Source: Candidatus Gottesmanbacteria bacterium (GTDB taxonomy: Bacteria > Patescibacteriota > Microgenomatia > 2-02-FULL-39-11). From it: a stretch of DNA of 64,000 nt. The DNA lies in assembly GCA_016186795.1 (NCBI GenBank), contig JACPKY010000002.1, positions 989,892-1,053,891 of the forward strand. Reading direction: 5' to 3'. The position numbers and the translations under genes are program-made. How positions within the stretch are numbered: position 1 is the first letter of the stretch; every line of letters starts with the position of its first letter. Positions 1 to 8,896 of this stretch are shown here, in pieces. Under the pieces are notes generated by a model. It saw only the letters and a program-made list of their open reading frames with translations, was not told the DNA's origin and did not search any database.

Positions 1-119
1 ATTGGATCAATCATGTTTCTGACGCTTTCCTTTGGAGTAATATATACATACCAATTTTTCATAAGCCGTGTTTCTTACCAGCGTAACTCTCGTATTCGTT
101 TTCAATCGTCATAACTTCC

Positions 120-578
120 ATGAATCCTGCTCCTACCAATTCACAACAGACACAATCGACTCAATTACCCAAAGGAACCGCAAGTTCTTCACCGACAGTT
201 CACCCTGGGGGGAAGGAACGAACACCCCAGACTCTGAAACCTCCCGATAGTGTTTCGGAAGTATCACAGGAGGTTGAGCTTCCGAAGGATGTGGAACGAG
301 TAGGAGTGGTGAAATTTTCAGAAAAGGTGGAGATTCCTCCTGATGTTGCCAAGCTCGGAGTCACACAATCCGGACCGGCAACTCCTGTTCAAACCACTTC
401 TCAAGCGTCACAGGTGGTTGTACTTCCTATTACTGATGAACAGGTCATTTCCGGTCTTCATGCGCAGGTAACGTCTGCTTTGAAATGGCTTTCCGTTTGG
501 TGTCTGAAACAATTGCAAAGAGCACACATTACGCTGAAAGTTATCCACGGGAAGATTATGAGGGTATCGTCTGGGTAA
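120..578 (+). CDS. hypothetical protein, Pro/Thr/Ser-rich N-terminus
   Basis: 152-aa ORF directly upstream of, and co-oriented with, the ATPase gene. Confidence 0.65.
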   Translation: MNPAPTNSQQTQSTQLPKGTASSSPTVHPGGKERTPQTLKPPDSVSEVSQEVELPKDVERVGVVKFSEKVEIPPDVAKLGVTQSGPATPVQTTSQASQVVVLPITDEQVISGLHAQVTSALKWLSVWCLKQLQRAHITLKVIHGKIMRVSSG

Positions 579-614
579 ATCTTCTCAACACTTGATCATT
601 GATTACGCCAACGT

Positions 615-2960
615 ATGAATCCAGAAGTATCATTTTTCTTTCAGCAACTTGAGAATTTTGCTCTGAACCTTTTGTTTTTTCTTTTTTTTGGCATAGGGTT
701 GGGACTTTTCTGCTACTTCCTTTTCCTTTGGTGGAAGTACCGTAATCGGGAGAAACAGAGTCTTGAGATGGTACTTTTAAAAGTTTCCGTACCCAAAGAC
801 AACGAGGTAAAAATTGATGCCGCTGAGCAGTTTTTCTCTTCGCTTTCGTCTATTTCACACGGCGGCTTGTTTTCTTTTTTAACCCCACCTCCTCACGTTT
901 CTTTTGAAATTGTGGGAAAACCCGGAGACATCCGATTCTATGTATCAGTCCATCACCATCTGCGGGATCTTGTCGAGAAGCAAATTTACGGAATGTATTC
1001 AGGAGCAGAGATCAAAGAGGTCGATGAGTATAACATCTTTGATGAGAAGGGCAAGGTTGCCTTTTCTTCCTATGTCCTCAAACACGCGGATCATTACCCG
1101 ATGAAGGTATTTAAAGATCTTCCCGTTGATCCACTTTCCGCTCTAACCTCTGCGGTTGGCAAAATGCAAGCAGGGGAGGGTGCTGCAATCCAGATACTTG
1201 TAACTCCTGCCGGTGATAAATGGAAATCAGTTGGTAAAGGGTATATTGCAAGTGTCAAGAAAAATGAAGCAAATCCTGAAAAAGCACAGTATAAAGTTGA
1301 TCCGAAGGTCTTGGAATCAATTGAGAATAAAACATCGAAGTCCGGTTTTAAAACAGTCATTCGTGTTGTCGTCTCATCAACGAATATGGAAACGGCAAAA
1401 ATGCATCTGCATAACATCGAGTCGGTACTGTCCCAGTTTGCTACCAACCAGAATCACTTCGTTTCCGCAAAGCAGGTAGTGAAGAGTTCATTTATGATTG
1501 ACTTTATCTATCGGTACTTTCCTATCTTTAACTGGCCGAGACGGCAGTGGAGCGTCTTATCAAGTGAGGAGGTAGCAACACTTTTCCACTTTCCAAATAA
1601 ATCGATTGAGACACCCAATATTAACTGGGTCACCTCAAAGCGAGCACCCGCTCCTGCCGATATTCCTACTTCTGGGTTGTATCTTGGCAAAAGTATCTAT
1701 CGGGGTACGTCTCGGCCGATTTATATGCAGCTGGATGATAGGAGACGGCATACGTACATCATCGGGAAAACTGGGGTAGGGAAGTCAGTCCTTCTCAAAG
1801 ATATGATCTTGCAAGATATAAAAGCAGGCAATGGTGTTGCGGCAATTGATCCTCATGGAGATTTGATTGAGAGTATACTACCTCATATTCCACCAGAGAG
1901 AGCTGAGGATGTTATTTATTTTGATCCTTCAGAGGGAGAAAGACCAATGGGACTAAATATGCTCGAAGCCCATACAGAGGAACAGAAACACTTCGTCTGT
2001 TCCTCAATAATTGGTCTAATGTACAAACTGTATGATCCGCAAAAAACTGGTATTATCGGTCCTCGGTTTGAACATGCGATACGAAATGCGATGTTGACGG
2101 TCATGGTAGAACCAGGGTCATCGTTTGTTGAGGTAGTACGTGTCTTAACTGACGCTTCCTACGTCCAAGAGCTCCTTCCAAAAGTACAGGACCCGATTGT
2201 AAAAAGATACTGGACAGATCAGATTGCCCAAACATCTGATTTTCATAAATCAGAGGTGCTTGACTATATTGTTTCCAAATTTGGCCGGTTTGTCACCAAT
2301 AAACTGATGAGAAATATCATTGGTCAAAGTAAAAGTGCTTTTGATTTCCGCAAAGTTATGGATGAGGGGAAAATTCTTCTTGTCAATCTTGCGAAAGGAA
2401 AATTAGGCGAGGAAAACTCAAGTTTCTTAGGTCTTATCCTTGTCCCCAAAATTTTATTGGCAGCGATGAGCCGGGTTGATACTCCTGAGGATAAAAGGCG
2501 TGATTTTTTTCTCTATGTTGATGAATTCCAGAACTTTGCCACCCCTGATTTTGCCCAGATTCTCTCTGAAGCTCGGAAATTCCGTCTCAATCTTTGCGTT
2601 GCCAATCAATTCATTGGACAGATGGAGGAGGAAGTGAAGAATGCGGTATTTGGCAATGTTGGCACCATTCTTTCTTTCCGTATAGGGGTTACCGACGCAA
2701 ACTACCTCCAACACTGGTTTACGCCGACATTTTCCGAAAGCGATTTGATTAACGTTGATGTGTACAATGCGTATGTCAACACGATTGTAGGAAATAAACC
2801 CATGCCACCTTTCTCAGTTGATATGAAAAAAGATCTCTCAGAGCTGAAAAAAACAGGGAATCCCAAAGTTGCCGAAGCAATTCTCCAACTTTCTCGCCTT
2901 AAATACGGTAAACCTAGAGAACTGGTTGAGGCAGAGATATCGCAAAGAGCCAGGCTCTAA
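615..2960 (+). CDS. membrane-anchored VirD4/TraG/HerA-FtsK-superfamily ATPase
   Basis: N-terminal TM helix; Walker A GKTGVGKS; IDPHGD; Walker B LYVDEFQNF; SEARKF..ANQ. Confidence 0.85.
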   Translation: MNPEVSFFFQQLENFALNLLFFLFFGIGLGLFCYFLFLWWKYRNREKQSLEMVLLKVSVPKDNEVKIDAAEQFFSSLSSISHGGLFSFLTPPPHVSFEIVGKPGDIRFYVSVHHHLRDLVEKQIYGMYSGAEIKEVDEYNIFDEKGKVAFSSYVLKHADHYPMKVFKDLPVDPLSALTSAVGKMQAGEGAAIQILVTPAGDKWKSVGKGYIASVKKNEANPEKAQYKVDPKVLESIENKTSKSGFKTVIRVVVSSTNMETAKMHLHNIESVLSQFATNQNHFVSAKQVVKSSFMIDFIYRYFPIFNWPRRQWSVLSSEEVATLFHFPNKSIETPNINWVTSKRAPAPADIPTSGLYLGKSIYRGTSRPIYMQLDDRRRHTYIIGKTGVGKSVLLKDMILQDIKAGNGVAAIDPHGDLIESILPHIPPERAEDVIYFDPSEGERPMGLNMLEAHTEEQKHFVCSSIIGLMYKLYDPQKTGIIGPRFEHAIRNAMLTVMVEPGSSFVEVVRVLTDASYVQELLPKVQDPIVKRYWTDQIAQTSDFHKSEVLDYIVSKFGRFVTNKLMRNIIGQSKSAFDFRKVMDEGKILLVNLAKGKLGEENSSFLGLILVPKILLAAMSRVDTPEDKRRDFFLYVDEFQNFATPDFAQILSEARKFRLNLCVANQFIGQMEEEVKNAVFGNVGTILSFRIGVTDANYLQHWFTPTFSESDLINVDVYNAYVNTIVGNKPMPPFSVDMKKDLSELKKTGNPKVAEAILQLSRLKYGKPRELVEAEISQRARL

Positions 2961-2995
2961 CAATTTTCATTTTGAAATTTTCAATTTTCAATTTA
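2961..2995. repeat. degenerate 7-mer tandem repeat (CAATTTT-like x5)
   Basis: caatttt cattttg aaatttt caatttt caattta. Confidence 0.6.
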
Positions 2996-3012
2996 TAATG
3001 GGGAACGCGTGC

Positions 3013-3085
3013 GGGCCTGTAGCTCAGCGGTAGTAGCGCCATTCTTATAAAATGGATGCCCTTGGTTCGAATCCAAGCAGGCCCA
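3013..3085 (+). tRNA. tRNA-Ile(UAU)
   Basis: Acceptor GGGCCTG/CAGGCCC, A73; anticodon arm CCATT-CTTATAA-AATGG (TAT at 3046-3048); T arm CTTGG-TTCGAAT-CCAAG. Confidence 0.9.
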
Positions 3086-3094
3086 CTTTGACGA

Positions 3095-3964
3095 TTATAG
3101 CTCTTCTAACTTGACACTTTCTGCGGTTTTTTCAGCTACCATATCGAGGTACTTTTCCGTTGTAGCGAGCCTTTTGTGACCCACCAGTTTACTGATTACA
3201 GTTAATGGTGTTCCAGATGCCAGATGATGGGCAATGAAGGTATGACGAAGATCATTGACCTTGGCATTTTCGATTCCTGCGATTTTGAAATAGCGGTCGA
3301 TGGTGGTGCGGATGTTCCGAACAAGAAGCGGTCTTCCGGTTTTCGTGATAAAAAGAGACGGGTTTTCACTTTTTGGTCTAATAGAAATCCATTTATCTAA
3401 GGCCATTTTCGCCGCTTTATTCAAAGGAATTGTCCGTGGGGGGTGGTTTTCCTGAGGTCGAATGAGAAGCTCTTTTTCTTTGATATCATCAAGGGTCAAG
3501 CTTGCGAGTTCTCCGATACGAATTCCTGTTTGGAGAAATAGTTCTACAATGGCATAGGTTCGGACGTCAGTTCGACAGGCATCTCTTAGTGCTCTATATT
3601 CCATTTTGGAAAGAACTCGAGGAGGTTTTATATCGTACTTGGGGTGAGTGATCTCCCCAGCTGGATTGGTAGTTATAGATCCCTGATTTTTCAAAAACCG
3701 ATAGAACGTCTTAATAGAGTTAATTTTTCGTGAGAGTGATTTTGGCGTATAGCCATCGCTTGAAAGCTTTTTGAGAAACCCTTCCAAGTCGATTTTTTCT
3801 ACCTCTTGAATGGTCTTTTTCCCCATCGCTGAGAGGAACATCACAAGCTGCTCGATGTCTTTACTGTATGCTACAATGGTGGCATGAGCTCGATGAGCGT
3901 TGGTCAAATAAGAAACGAACTGTGCCCGGGCTTGGGACAGTTCGAGCGTATTTCCTGAATTCAT
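3095..3964 (-). CDS. XerC/XerD-family tyrosine recombinase
   Basis: SAM-like N-domain (RKINSIKTFYRFL); TGIRIGEL; NDLRHTF; LVGH..TTEKY; ATG at 3964 preferred. Confidence 0.88.
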   Translation of the reverse strand: MNSGNTLELSQARAQFVSYLTNAHRAHATIVAYSKDIEQLVMFLSAMGKKTIQEVEKIDLEGFLKKLSSDGYTPKSLSRKINSIKTFYRFLKNQGSITTNPAGEITHPKYDIKPPRVLSKMEYRALRDACRTDVRTYAIVELFLQTGIRIGELASLTLDDIKEKELLIRPQENHPPRTIPLNKAAKMALDKWISIRPKSENPSLFITKTGRPLLVRNIRTTIDRYFKIAGIENAKVNDLRHTFIAHHLASGTPLTVISKLVGHKRLATTEKYLDMVAEKTAESVKLEEL

Positions 3965-4005
3965 AGAGCCTATAATACATCTAGGAAGGTTTTTTGTCAA
4001 CACGC

Positions 4006-4347
4006 ATGAGAAATCGAATAATTTACGGTATTACTTCCGTTCTTTTTATCATGTTAATTATTAATGTGGTACGTTCATCCGTTCACCTCTCGGAGAGAGG
4101 GAGTATTCTCCAAGAAGCCGAATTAGATCTTCAAAAGGCTAAAACACGAAATGAAACATTGAAACGAGAGCTAGCAAGAGTAGAAAGTCCTGATTATATT
4201 GAGAAGGAAGCTCGAGACAAGCTCAATTTAGCAAAAGAGGGAGAGGTCGTGGTTCTTTTACCTTCCATCTCGCCTCCAGTTCAGCCTACGCCAACTATAA
4301 TTGAAGATATACCAAATTGGGAGAAGTGGCGCAGGGTGTTTTTCTAA
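4006..4347 (+). CDS. septum formation initiator (FtsB/DivIC family)
   Basis: TM helix, coiled coil, YIEKEARDKLNLAKEGE. Confidence 0.85.
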   Translation: MRNRIIYGITSVLFIMLIINVVRSSVHLSERGSILQEAELDLQKAKTRNETLKRELARVESPDYIEKEARDKLNLAKEGEVVVLLPSISPPVQPTPTIIEDIPNWEKWRRVFF

Positions 4348-4356
4348 ATTATTAAG

Positions 4357-4428
4357 TAGCAGGGGAGGGATTCGGACCCTCAACCGTTGCCTTATGAAGA
4401 CACCGCTCCACCGTTGAGCTACCCTGCC
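4357..4428 (-). tRNA. tRNA-Met(CAU), probably elongator
   Basis: Reverse complement GGCAGGG-TA-GCTC..GAGC-G-GTGTC-TTCATAA-GGCAA-CGGTT-GAGGG-TCCGAAT-CCCTC-CCCTGCT-A; G2-C71 and C3-G70 are Met-like. Confidence 0.85.
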
Positions 4429-4495
4429 TCAAGTTTTCCCATTCTACGGTAGTTGAGAAAAAAATTCAATTTCGCTATAATGTGGGTCTTAATAC

Positions 4496-4767
4496 CGCGG
4501 GGTAGTGTACAGTTGCACAGGAGGCTCAAAAATGGGCACGTCGAAGAGTAATTTTCGATGATTTCTTGGCTATATCGGTAGAATCCTTAATAACATATGG
4601 ACAATACCGAGGAAACTTTTCTTAAGCGTGAAGCATTGAAGAGGATCCGTAGAGACTACACGCCAAGCTCCCGATTAAAACGGGGTGAAGATATAGTCCG
4701 AACCTTCGAGTAATCGAAGTAACATAAGCATAATCTCCTAGGCCGGGTGCGACTCCCGGCTCCGCAA
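4496..4767 (+). tRNA. initiator tRNA-fMet(CAU), intron-split (exons 4496-4526 and 4729-4767)
   Basis: Joined exons give acceptor CGCGGGG/CTCCGCA with C1.A72 mismatch, anticodon arm GGAGG-CT^CATAA-TCTCC, T arm CCGGG-TGCGACT-CCCGG. Confidence 0.88.
4527..4728 (+). ncRNA. group I intron (~202 nt, no ORF) after U33 of tRNA-fMet
   Basis: P1 GCU^CA-AAAA-UGGGC with U.G at the splice site; P3 CTTGGC/GCCAAG; P4 TCGGTA/TACCGA; P7 GACTA/TAGTC in GAGACTAC and AAGATATAGTCC; GTAA tetraloops on P2 and P9; terminal G at 4728. Confidence 0.92.
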
Positions 4768-4774
4768 CATAAGT

Positions 4775-4804
4775 AAAATAGCGCCTCACAAGGCGCTATT
4801 TTTT
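4775..4804 (+). terminator. intrinsic terminator after tRNA-fMet
   Basis: AAAATAGCGCCT-caca-AGGCGCTATTTT plus T-run. Confidence 0.8.
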
Positions 4805-4838
4805 ATATCATCAAGAAGATTAATGTAAAATAAATTCA

Positions 4839-5705
4839 ATGGCCTATATACACAAGTTTTATTCCTCGCATCCGCTGAAAACAATAATTATTCATAATAA
4901 GAATTGGGAGTATATAGTTTGTGGGAGAGGAATTGGTACACTTCTTCTTTTTCCAGGAGGTGGTCAAACTGCTCAAAGTAATTTTCAGCTTATTGATGCT
5001 TTCAAAAATAAATATAAAGTAATTTCACCAACAATATATGATGTAGATTCTATCGATGAATTTTGTTATGCGATAAATAAAATATTAGAAAAAGAAAATA
5101 GTAGTAAAGTCATTATCTATGGATTATCAATTGGGGGTATGATGGCGCAATCGTACGTAAGAAGAAATAAAGATAACGTTATAAAACTTATTATCTCTCA
5201 TGCTCCCGCTCCTAAATCAAAGACATACAAAGAAAAGATTATCAGACCGATAACTTTTTTAAATACAATTCTTCCTTTTATTCCAAATTATTTTATACAA
5301 TTTATGTCAAAAAGATTTGCAGGGTGGTTTCAAGGAGTTTCCAGGAAAGATCATCTTCGGCTTAAACCAGAAATCAATAAAGTTACAGAAGAGTTACAGA
5401 CATATTTCATTGGCGAATTTTATAAGAAATATTTCAATAAAAAATTATTAAAAACGTGGATAAAGCTACATCTAAATTTTTATAATAACGAAAATTTTTT
5501 ACCGGATGACTTATCTGATTGGAAAGGAGAAATTTTAATTCTACGAACGGATAACGATCCTCTTGCTCAAGATGATGGAGAATTTAAAAGATTATATCCG
5601 AAAGCCCACGTCTATACCTTTCATAATACAGGGCATTTAACGTTCTACTATCAATTTGAAAACATGGTAGAGGTAATGAGAAAGTTTCTTGGTGATATAC
5701 ACTGA
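4839..5705 (+). CDS. alpha/beta-fold hydrolase
   Basis: FPGGG oxyanion loop; GLSIGG nucleophile elbow; DND; C-terminal TGH. Confidence 0.82.
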   Translation: MAYIHKFYSSHPLKTIIIHNKNWEYIVCGRGIGTLLLFPGGGQTAQSNFQLIDAFKNKYKVISPTIYDVDSIDEFCYAINKILEKENSSKVIIYGLSIGGMMAQSYVRRNKDNVIKLIISHAPAPKSKTYKEKIIRPITFLNTILPFIPNYFIQFMSKRFAGWFQGVSRKDHLRLKPEINKVTEELQTYFIGEFYKKYFNKKLLKTWIKLHLNFYNNENFLPDDLSDWKGEILILRTDNDPLAQDDGEFKRLYPKAHVYTFHNTGHLTFYYQFENMVEVMRKFLGDIH

Positions 5706-5738
5706 AATAGCTCTAATTTCTATTTCCGCGGTCTTTTT

Positions 5739-6209
5739 TTATTGTCGGAAGCGAAGTCGCTTGGACCTATGACGTGTATCTCGATTTGGTGAAATATGCC
5801 AAGGTCGAGATAGGGAACCGCCGTAACCATTTTTCCAGAAAGCATAGTTACCAGAAAATAAATCTTTTAACCCTTGTATAAAAATATTTCTTATTCCCAT
5901 ATCTTGGTAGGTTGAGTAAATTATAGTGATTGAGCTTACGGCAATGGACCCTAAAAGAACATAGATGTATGATTCAAGCTTAACTCCTAGTGGAAACGTT
6001 GTGAACGTTTCGTTTACACCAAATTCCCATACTTGAAGATAAATACCCAAAGGTTCACTTATCGATACGATCAATAGTCCAAAAATTATACTTATTAAAA
6101 TTGGGAACGTATTTCTTTTTAAGATATGGTAGAAAAAAATCCACTCTGTAAGGATTATTGGTACCGCAAGAAAAATGGTTGAAAAAAAATAAGAAAAAAT
6201 TCCAAACAT
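5739..6209 (-). CDS. lycopene-cyclase-domain membrane protein (CrtYc/Yd-like)
   Basis: Hydrophobic; EPLGIYLQVWEF..LGVKLESY resembles the neighbouring cyclase motif. Confidence 0.5.
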   Translation of the reverse strand: MFGIFSYFFSTIFLAVPIILTEWIFFYHILKRNTFPILISIIFGLLIVSISEPLGIYLQVWEFGVNETFTTFPLGVKLESYIYVLLGSIAVSSITIIYSTYQDMGIRNIFIQGLKDLFSGNYAFWKNGYGGSLSRPWHISPNRDTRHRSKRLRFRQ

Positions 6210-6213
6210 AAAA

Positions 6214-6525
6214 CTAATTTTTTCTTTTCTGAAGTTTGTATTTTGCAACAAGAGTGATGCTTGCTCCTAATAATGGAATAAAAGTTGTATAGAGATATTC
6301 TTCGAAAGGGAGGCTTAGAACATTGATTCCAAAATTTTTATTACTGGGAAAGGACCAAAGACCACTATTTACAGCATAAATGTCCCATGGGACATGAATG
6401 AATAGTGCCAATAAAACTACAAGTATTAATGTTAATCTATATCTCCAGAGTAAATTAAAATACATCACCCAGATTAAAATAAGTGGTATTCCTGAAGAGA
6501 CTAATAACCAGAAGATATATTCCAT
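6214..6525 (-). CDS. lycopene-cyclase-domain membrane protein (CrtYc/Yd-like)
   Basis: WDIYAV..GLWSF...G...LPFEEYLY signature. Confidence 0.75.
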   Translation of the reverse strand: MEYIFWLLVSSGIPLILIWVMYFNLLWRYRLTLILVVLLALFIHVPWDIYAVNSGLWSFPSNKNFGINVLSLPFEEYLYTTFIPLLGASITLVAKYKLQKRKN

Positions 6526-6645
6526 TCCATACACTATACCAAACTTGAAAAGATAGAGATTTCTATTTTGGAGATTTTCTCGTATTGCGCGGAATTCAAA
6601 AAGAACATATAAAGATAGTAGGGTATAAAGAAAGGAGGTGAGTCT

Positions 6646-7077
6646 ATGTTTCTTGTTCCGATAAATTACGTAGCTATACTTCTCTGCGGTGTTGCCGCAA
6701 TGGTAGTTGGCTTTGTCTGGTACGGGCCGCTTTTTGGCAAAGAGTGGATGGGACTTGTTGGTATGACGAAGGAGAAGATGGAGAAAGCCAAGGCAGATAT
6801 GACCAAGACGTACGGGTTAAGCTTTCTCTCATCTCTTATTATGGCCTATGCACTTGCTCATTTCGTCTGGTTTACCGCTCCCGGATCAGTTGATCTAACA
6901 GTAGGAGTAAAAACAGCTCTCTGGGCGTGGGTTGGGTTTGTGGCAACAACCGCTGTTTCGGGCTATCTCTATTCTCCTGAGAAAAAACCCATGAAGTTGT
7001 TTGTCATAGATACAGGATATTACCTGGCAACGCTTCTTGTTATGGGAGTTATTCTTGCTCTGATGCCATGGGGTTAA
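6646..7077 (+). CDS. DUF1761-like membrane protein
   Basis: VGFVWYGPLFGKEWM motif; 4 TM; RBS AGGAGGT. Confidence 0.8.
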   Translation: MFLVPINYVAILLCGVAAMVVGFVWYGPLFGKEWMGLVGMTKEKMEKAKADMTKTYGLSFLSSLIMAYALAHFVWFTAPGSVDLTVGVKTALWAWVGFVATTAVSGYLYSPEKKPMKLFVIDTGYYLATLLVMGVILALMPWG

Positions 7078-7123
7078 AAGTCAAGAAGTAAGCCATAGAA
7101 TGATGGTATAATAGAAAATCTAG

Positions 7124-8107
7124 ATGGAGTTGTTACCGCTTCTTTTCCTCGGAGTAAGTATACTTGCTATTGGTAAAGGTTCTGATTGGTTGACGGATTC
7201 CCTTATTCCCATTGCTCATAAACTTGGTGTTTCTGGTTCCTCAGTTGGTCTTATCCTTGTCTCTATTGCTGTGAGTCTTCCCGAGATTCTTGTTGCGGTA
7301 TATGCCACAGTGCAAGGGTATCCTACGATAAGTCTTGGTGTTATATTGGGGTCAATCATTTGCAATATTGGCCTTATGACGGGTCTTTCTGCATTAGTGA
7401 GACCACTTCGGGTAAGTCGAACAATTATTCTTCGAGACGGTGTTTTTTCCATCGTTGTTCCTATTCTTGTCTTTGCAGTTAGTACTGGAGGTCAGATAAC
7501 ACGGATTGATGGAATTGCTCTTTTTCTTTTATTTATCCCCTACGTCATCAACGTATTCCTTCAGGAGAAAAGGATATCGTCTGAAGAGAAGGAAGCCCGT
7601 ATGAAAGAGGTAGAAATTGAACTTGAGCTCATCGGATTCGAGTTTGGAACATTGAAGTCGGGTTGGGCATCATTTGTGTTGGGTTTACTTCTCCTTCTTG
7701 GAGGGGCACAGCTTTTTGCAAATCAGCTGATTAGTATTGCTGCGCAGTTTGGTGTGAGTGAACTTCTTATTGGCCTTACAATTGGAGCTCTTGGTCCGTC
7801 TATTCCTAATATTATTGCAGCATATACCGCAACAAAAAAAGGCATGGGAGAGATTGCTGTGTCAGAAACATTGGGTTCGAATATCTTTACGCTTCTGGTG
7901 ACCTTGGGAATATCTGCAATGCTTTCTCCTATTGAGATTTCTTCTCAATGGTTAACATTTGATATTCCTGCGCTTATTGTGATGAGTTTCCTTCTCTTTG
8001 TATTCATTCTGACCAAAAAAACAATCTCAAAACATGAAGGGATTATCCTCCTTGGAGGGTATATCAGTATCCTCCTAATTCAAATTTTTATGAGTATTCA
8101 CCCATGA
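7124..8107 (+). CDS. Ca2+/Na+ antiporter (YrbG/CaCA family)
   Basis: Alpha repeats VSLPE..GSIICN and GPSIPN..GSNIFT. Confidence 0.85.
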   Translation: MELLPLLFLGVSILAIGKGSDWLTDSLIPIAHKLGVSGSSVGLILVSIAVSLPEILVAVYATVQGYPTISLGVILGSIICNIGLMTGLSALVRPLRVSRTIILRDGVFSIVVPILVFAVSTGGQITRIDGIALFLLFIPYVINVFLQEKRISSEEKEARMKEVEIELELIGFEFGTLKSGWASFVLGLLLLLGGAQLFANQLISIAAQFGVSELLIGLTIGALGPSIPNIIAAYTATKKGMGEIAVSETLGSNIFTLLVTLGISAMLSPIEISSQWLTFDIPALIVMSFLLFVFILTKKTISKHEGIILLGGYISILLIQIFMSIHP

Positions 8108-8892
8108 AAATTTACCCTCTCGGGACAAATGGATTCTTCCCCAGTTTTGAAAGGCAAACAATGTGTTTTGCCGTGCCATTTGAAAATATTCTCATTCTTC
8201 TGGATGCTGGGAGTGGCTTTTTCCGTTTTGTTGAACCAGGAGGGAAAAAACTTCTTGACTCAGTAAAGGAAGTACATATTTACCTTTCTCATTACCACTT
8301 AGATCATACATTCGGATTTTATGGCGGATGGAAAATTTTGAAAGGCAAAAAGGTTACCGTTTTTGGAGCGGAGAAAGAGAAAGTGTTTTCCGCTTTTACT
8401 CGAAAGTATTTCCCAATTGATTATGAGAAGGAACATGCTCAATTTCACTGGGAAAAACTCTCTTTTGGTCAAAACAGCCTGAGTGGATATACCGTTAACG
8501 TGAGAATGCAATCCCATAATACTGCTGGAAGTCTTGCGTTCCGTTTTCGATTTCCTAACGGGGAGGATTTTTCCTATGTAACAGATAGTGAACCGACAAG
8601 GGAAAGTGTTTCCTTTGTCTTTGGAACAGATCTTCTTCTTCATGAACACTATCTCCTTGGCGAAGACATGCTCAAAAGGAAAGATGCAAGACTCGAGGAC
8701 CATTTCCTTAGTGGACACACAACAACAGTAGGTGCAACAATGGTGGCAAGAGAAGGGAAAGTAGGAAGACTTGTTCTTATTCATCACTACCCGTTTGCAG
8801 GATTGGCACGACTGATCAAGCAAGAAAAAGTGGCTCGATCGATCTTCCCTGCAACCACCCTCTCGCAAGACTTAATACCTATTCCTCTCTAG
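8104..8892 (+). CDS. metallo-beta-lactamase-fold hydrolase, RNase Z-like
   Basis: LLDAGSG; SHYHLDH; YVTDS; GHTT; LIHH. Confidence 0.8.
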   Translation: MKIYPLGTNGFFPSFERQTMCFAVPFENILILLDAGSGFFRFVEPGGKKLLDSVKEVHIYLSHYHLDHTFGFYGGWKILKGKKVTVFGAEKEKVFSAFTRKYFPIDYEKEHAQFHWEKLSFGQNSLSGYTVNVRMQSHNTAGSLAFRFRFPNGEDFSYVTDSEPTRESVSFVFGTDLLLHEHYLLGEDMLKRKDARLEDHFLSGHTTTVGATMVAREGKVGRLVLIHHYPFAGLARLIKQEKVARSIFPATTLSQDLIPIPL

Positions 8893-8896
8893 TTTA

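Noticed and set aside
1-62. Minus-strand start MKNWYVYI resembling a GIY-YIG nuclease N-terminus
   Set aside because: Only about 20 codons are visible and the following residues do not continue the motif
615-2960. Conjugative T4SS locus
   Set aside because: Only a lone coupling-protein-like ATPase; no relaxase or VirB genes nearby
3013-3964. Tyrosine recombinase beside a tRNA 3' end, suggesting an integrative element
   Set aside because: I saw no duplicate of the tRNA 3' end in the window, no phage or plasmid cargo, and the neighbour is ftsB-like; more likely a housekeeping Xer
4357-4428. tRNA(CAU) as lysidine-type Ile2
   Set aside because: The acceptor stem has Met-like G2-C71/C3-G70 and lacks the Ile-type C4-G69
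5740-5830. GC-richer patch giving the cyclase-like ORF an odd basic tail; possible gene remnant
   Set aside because: Too short to assign; no repeats or recognisable motif
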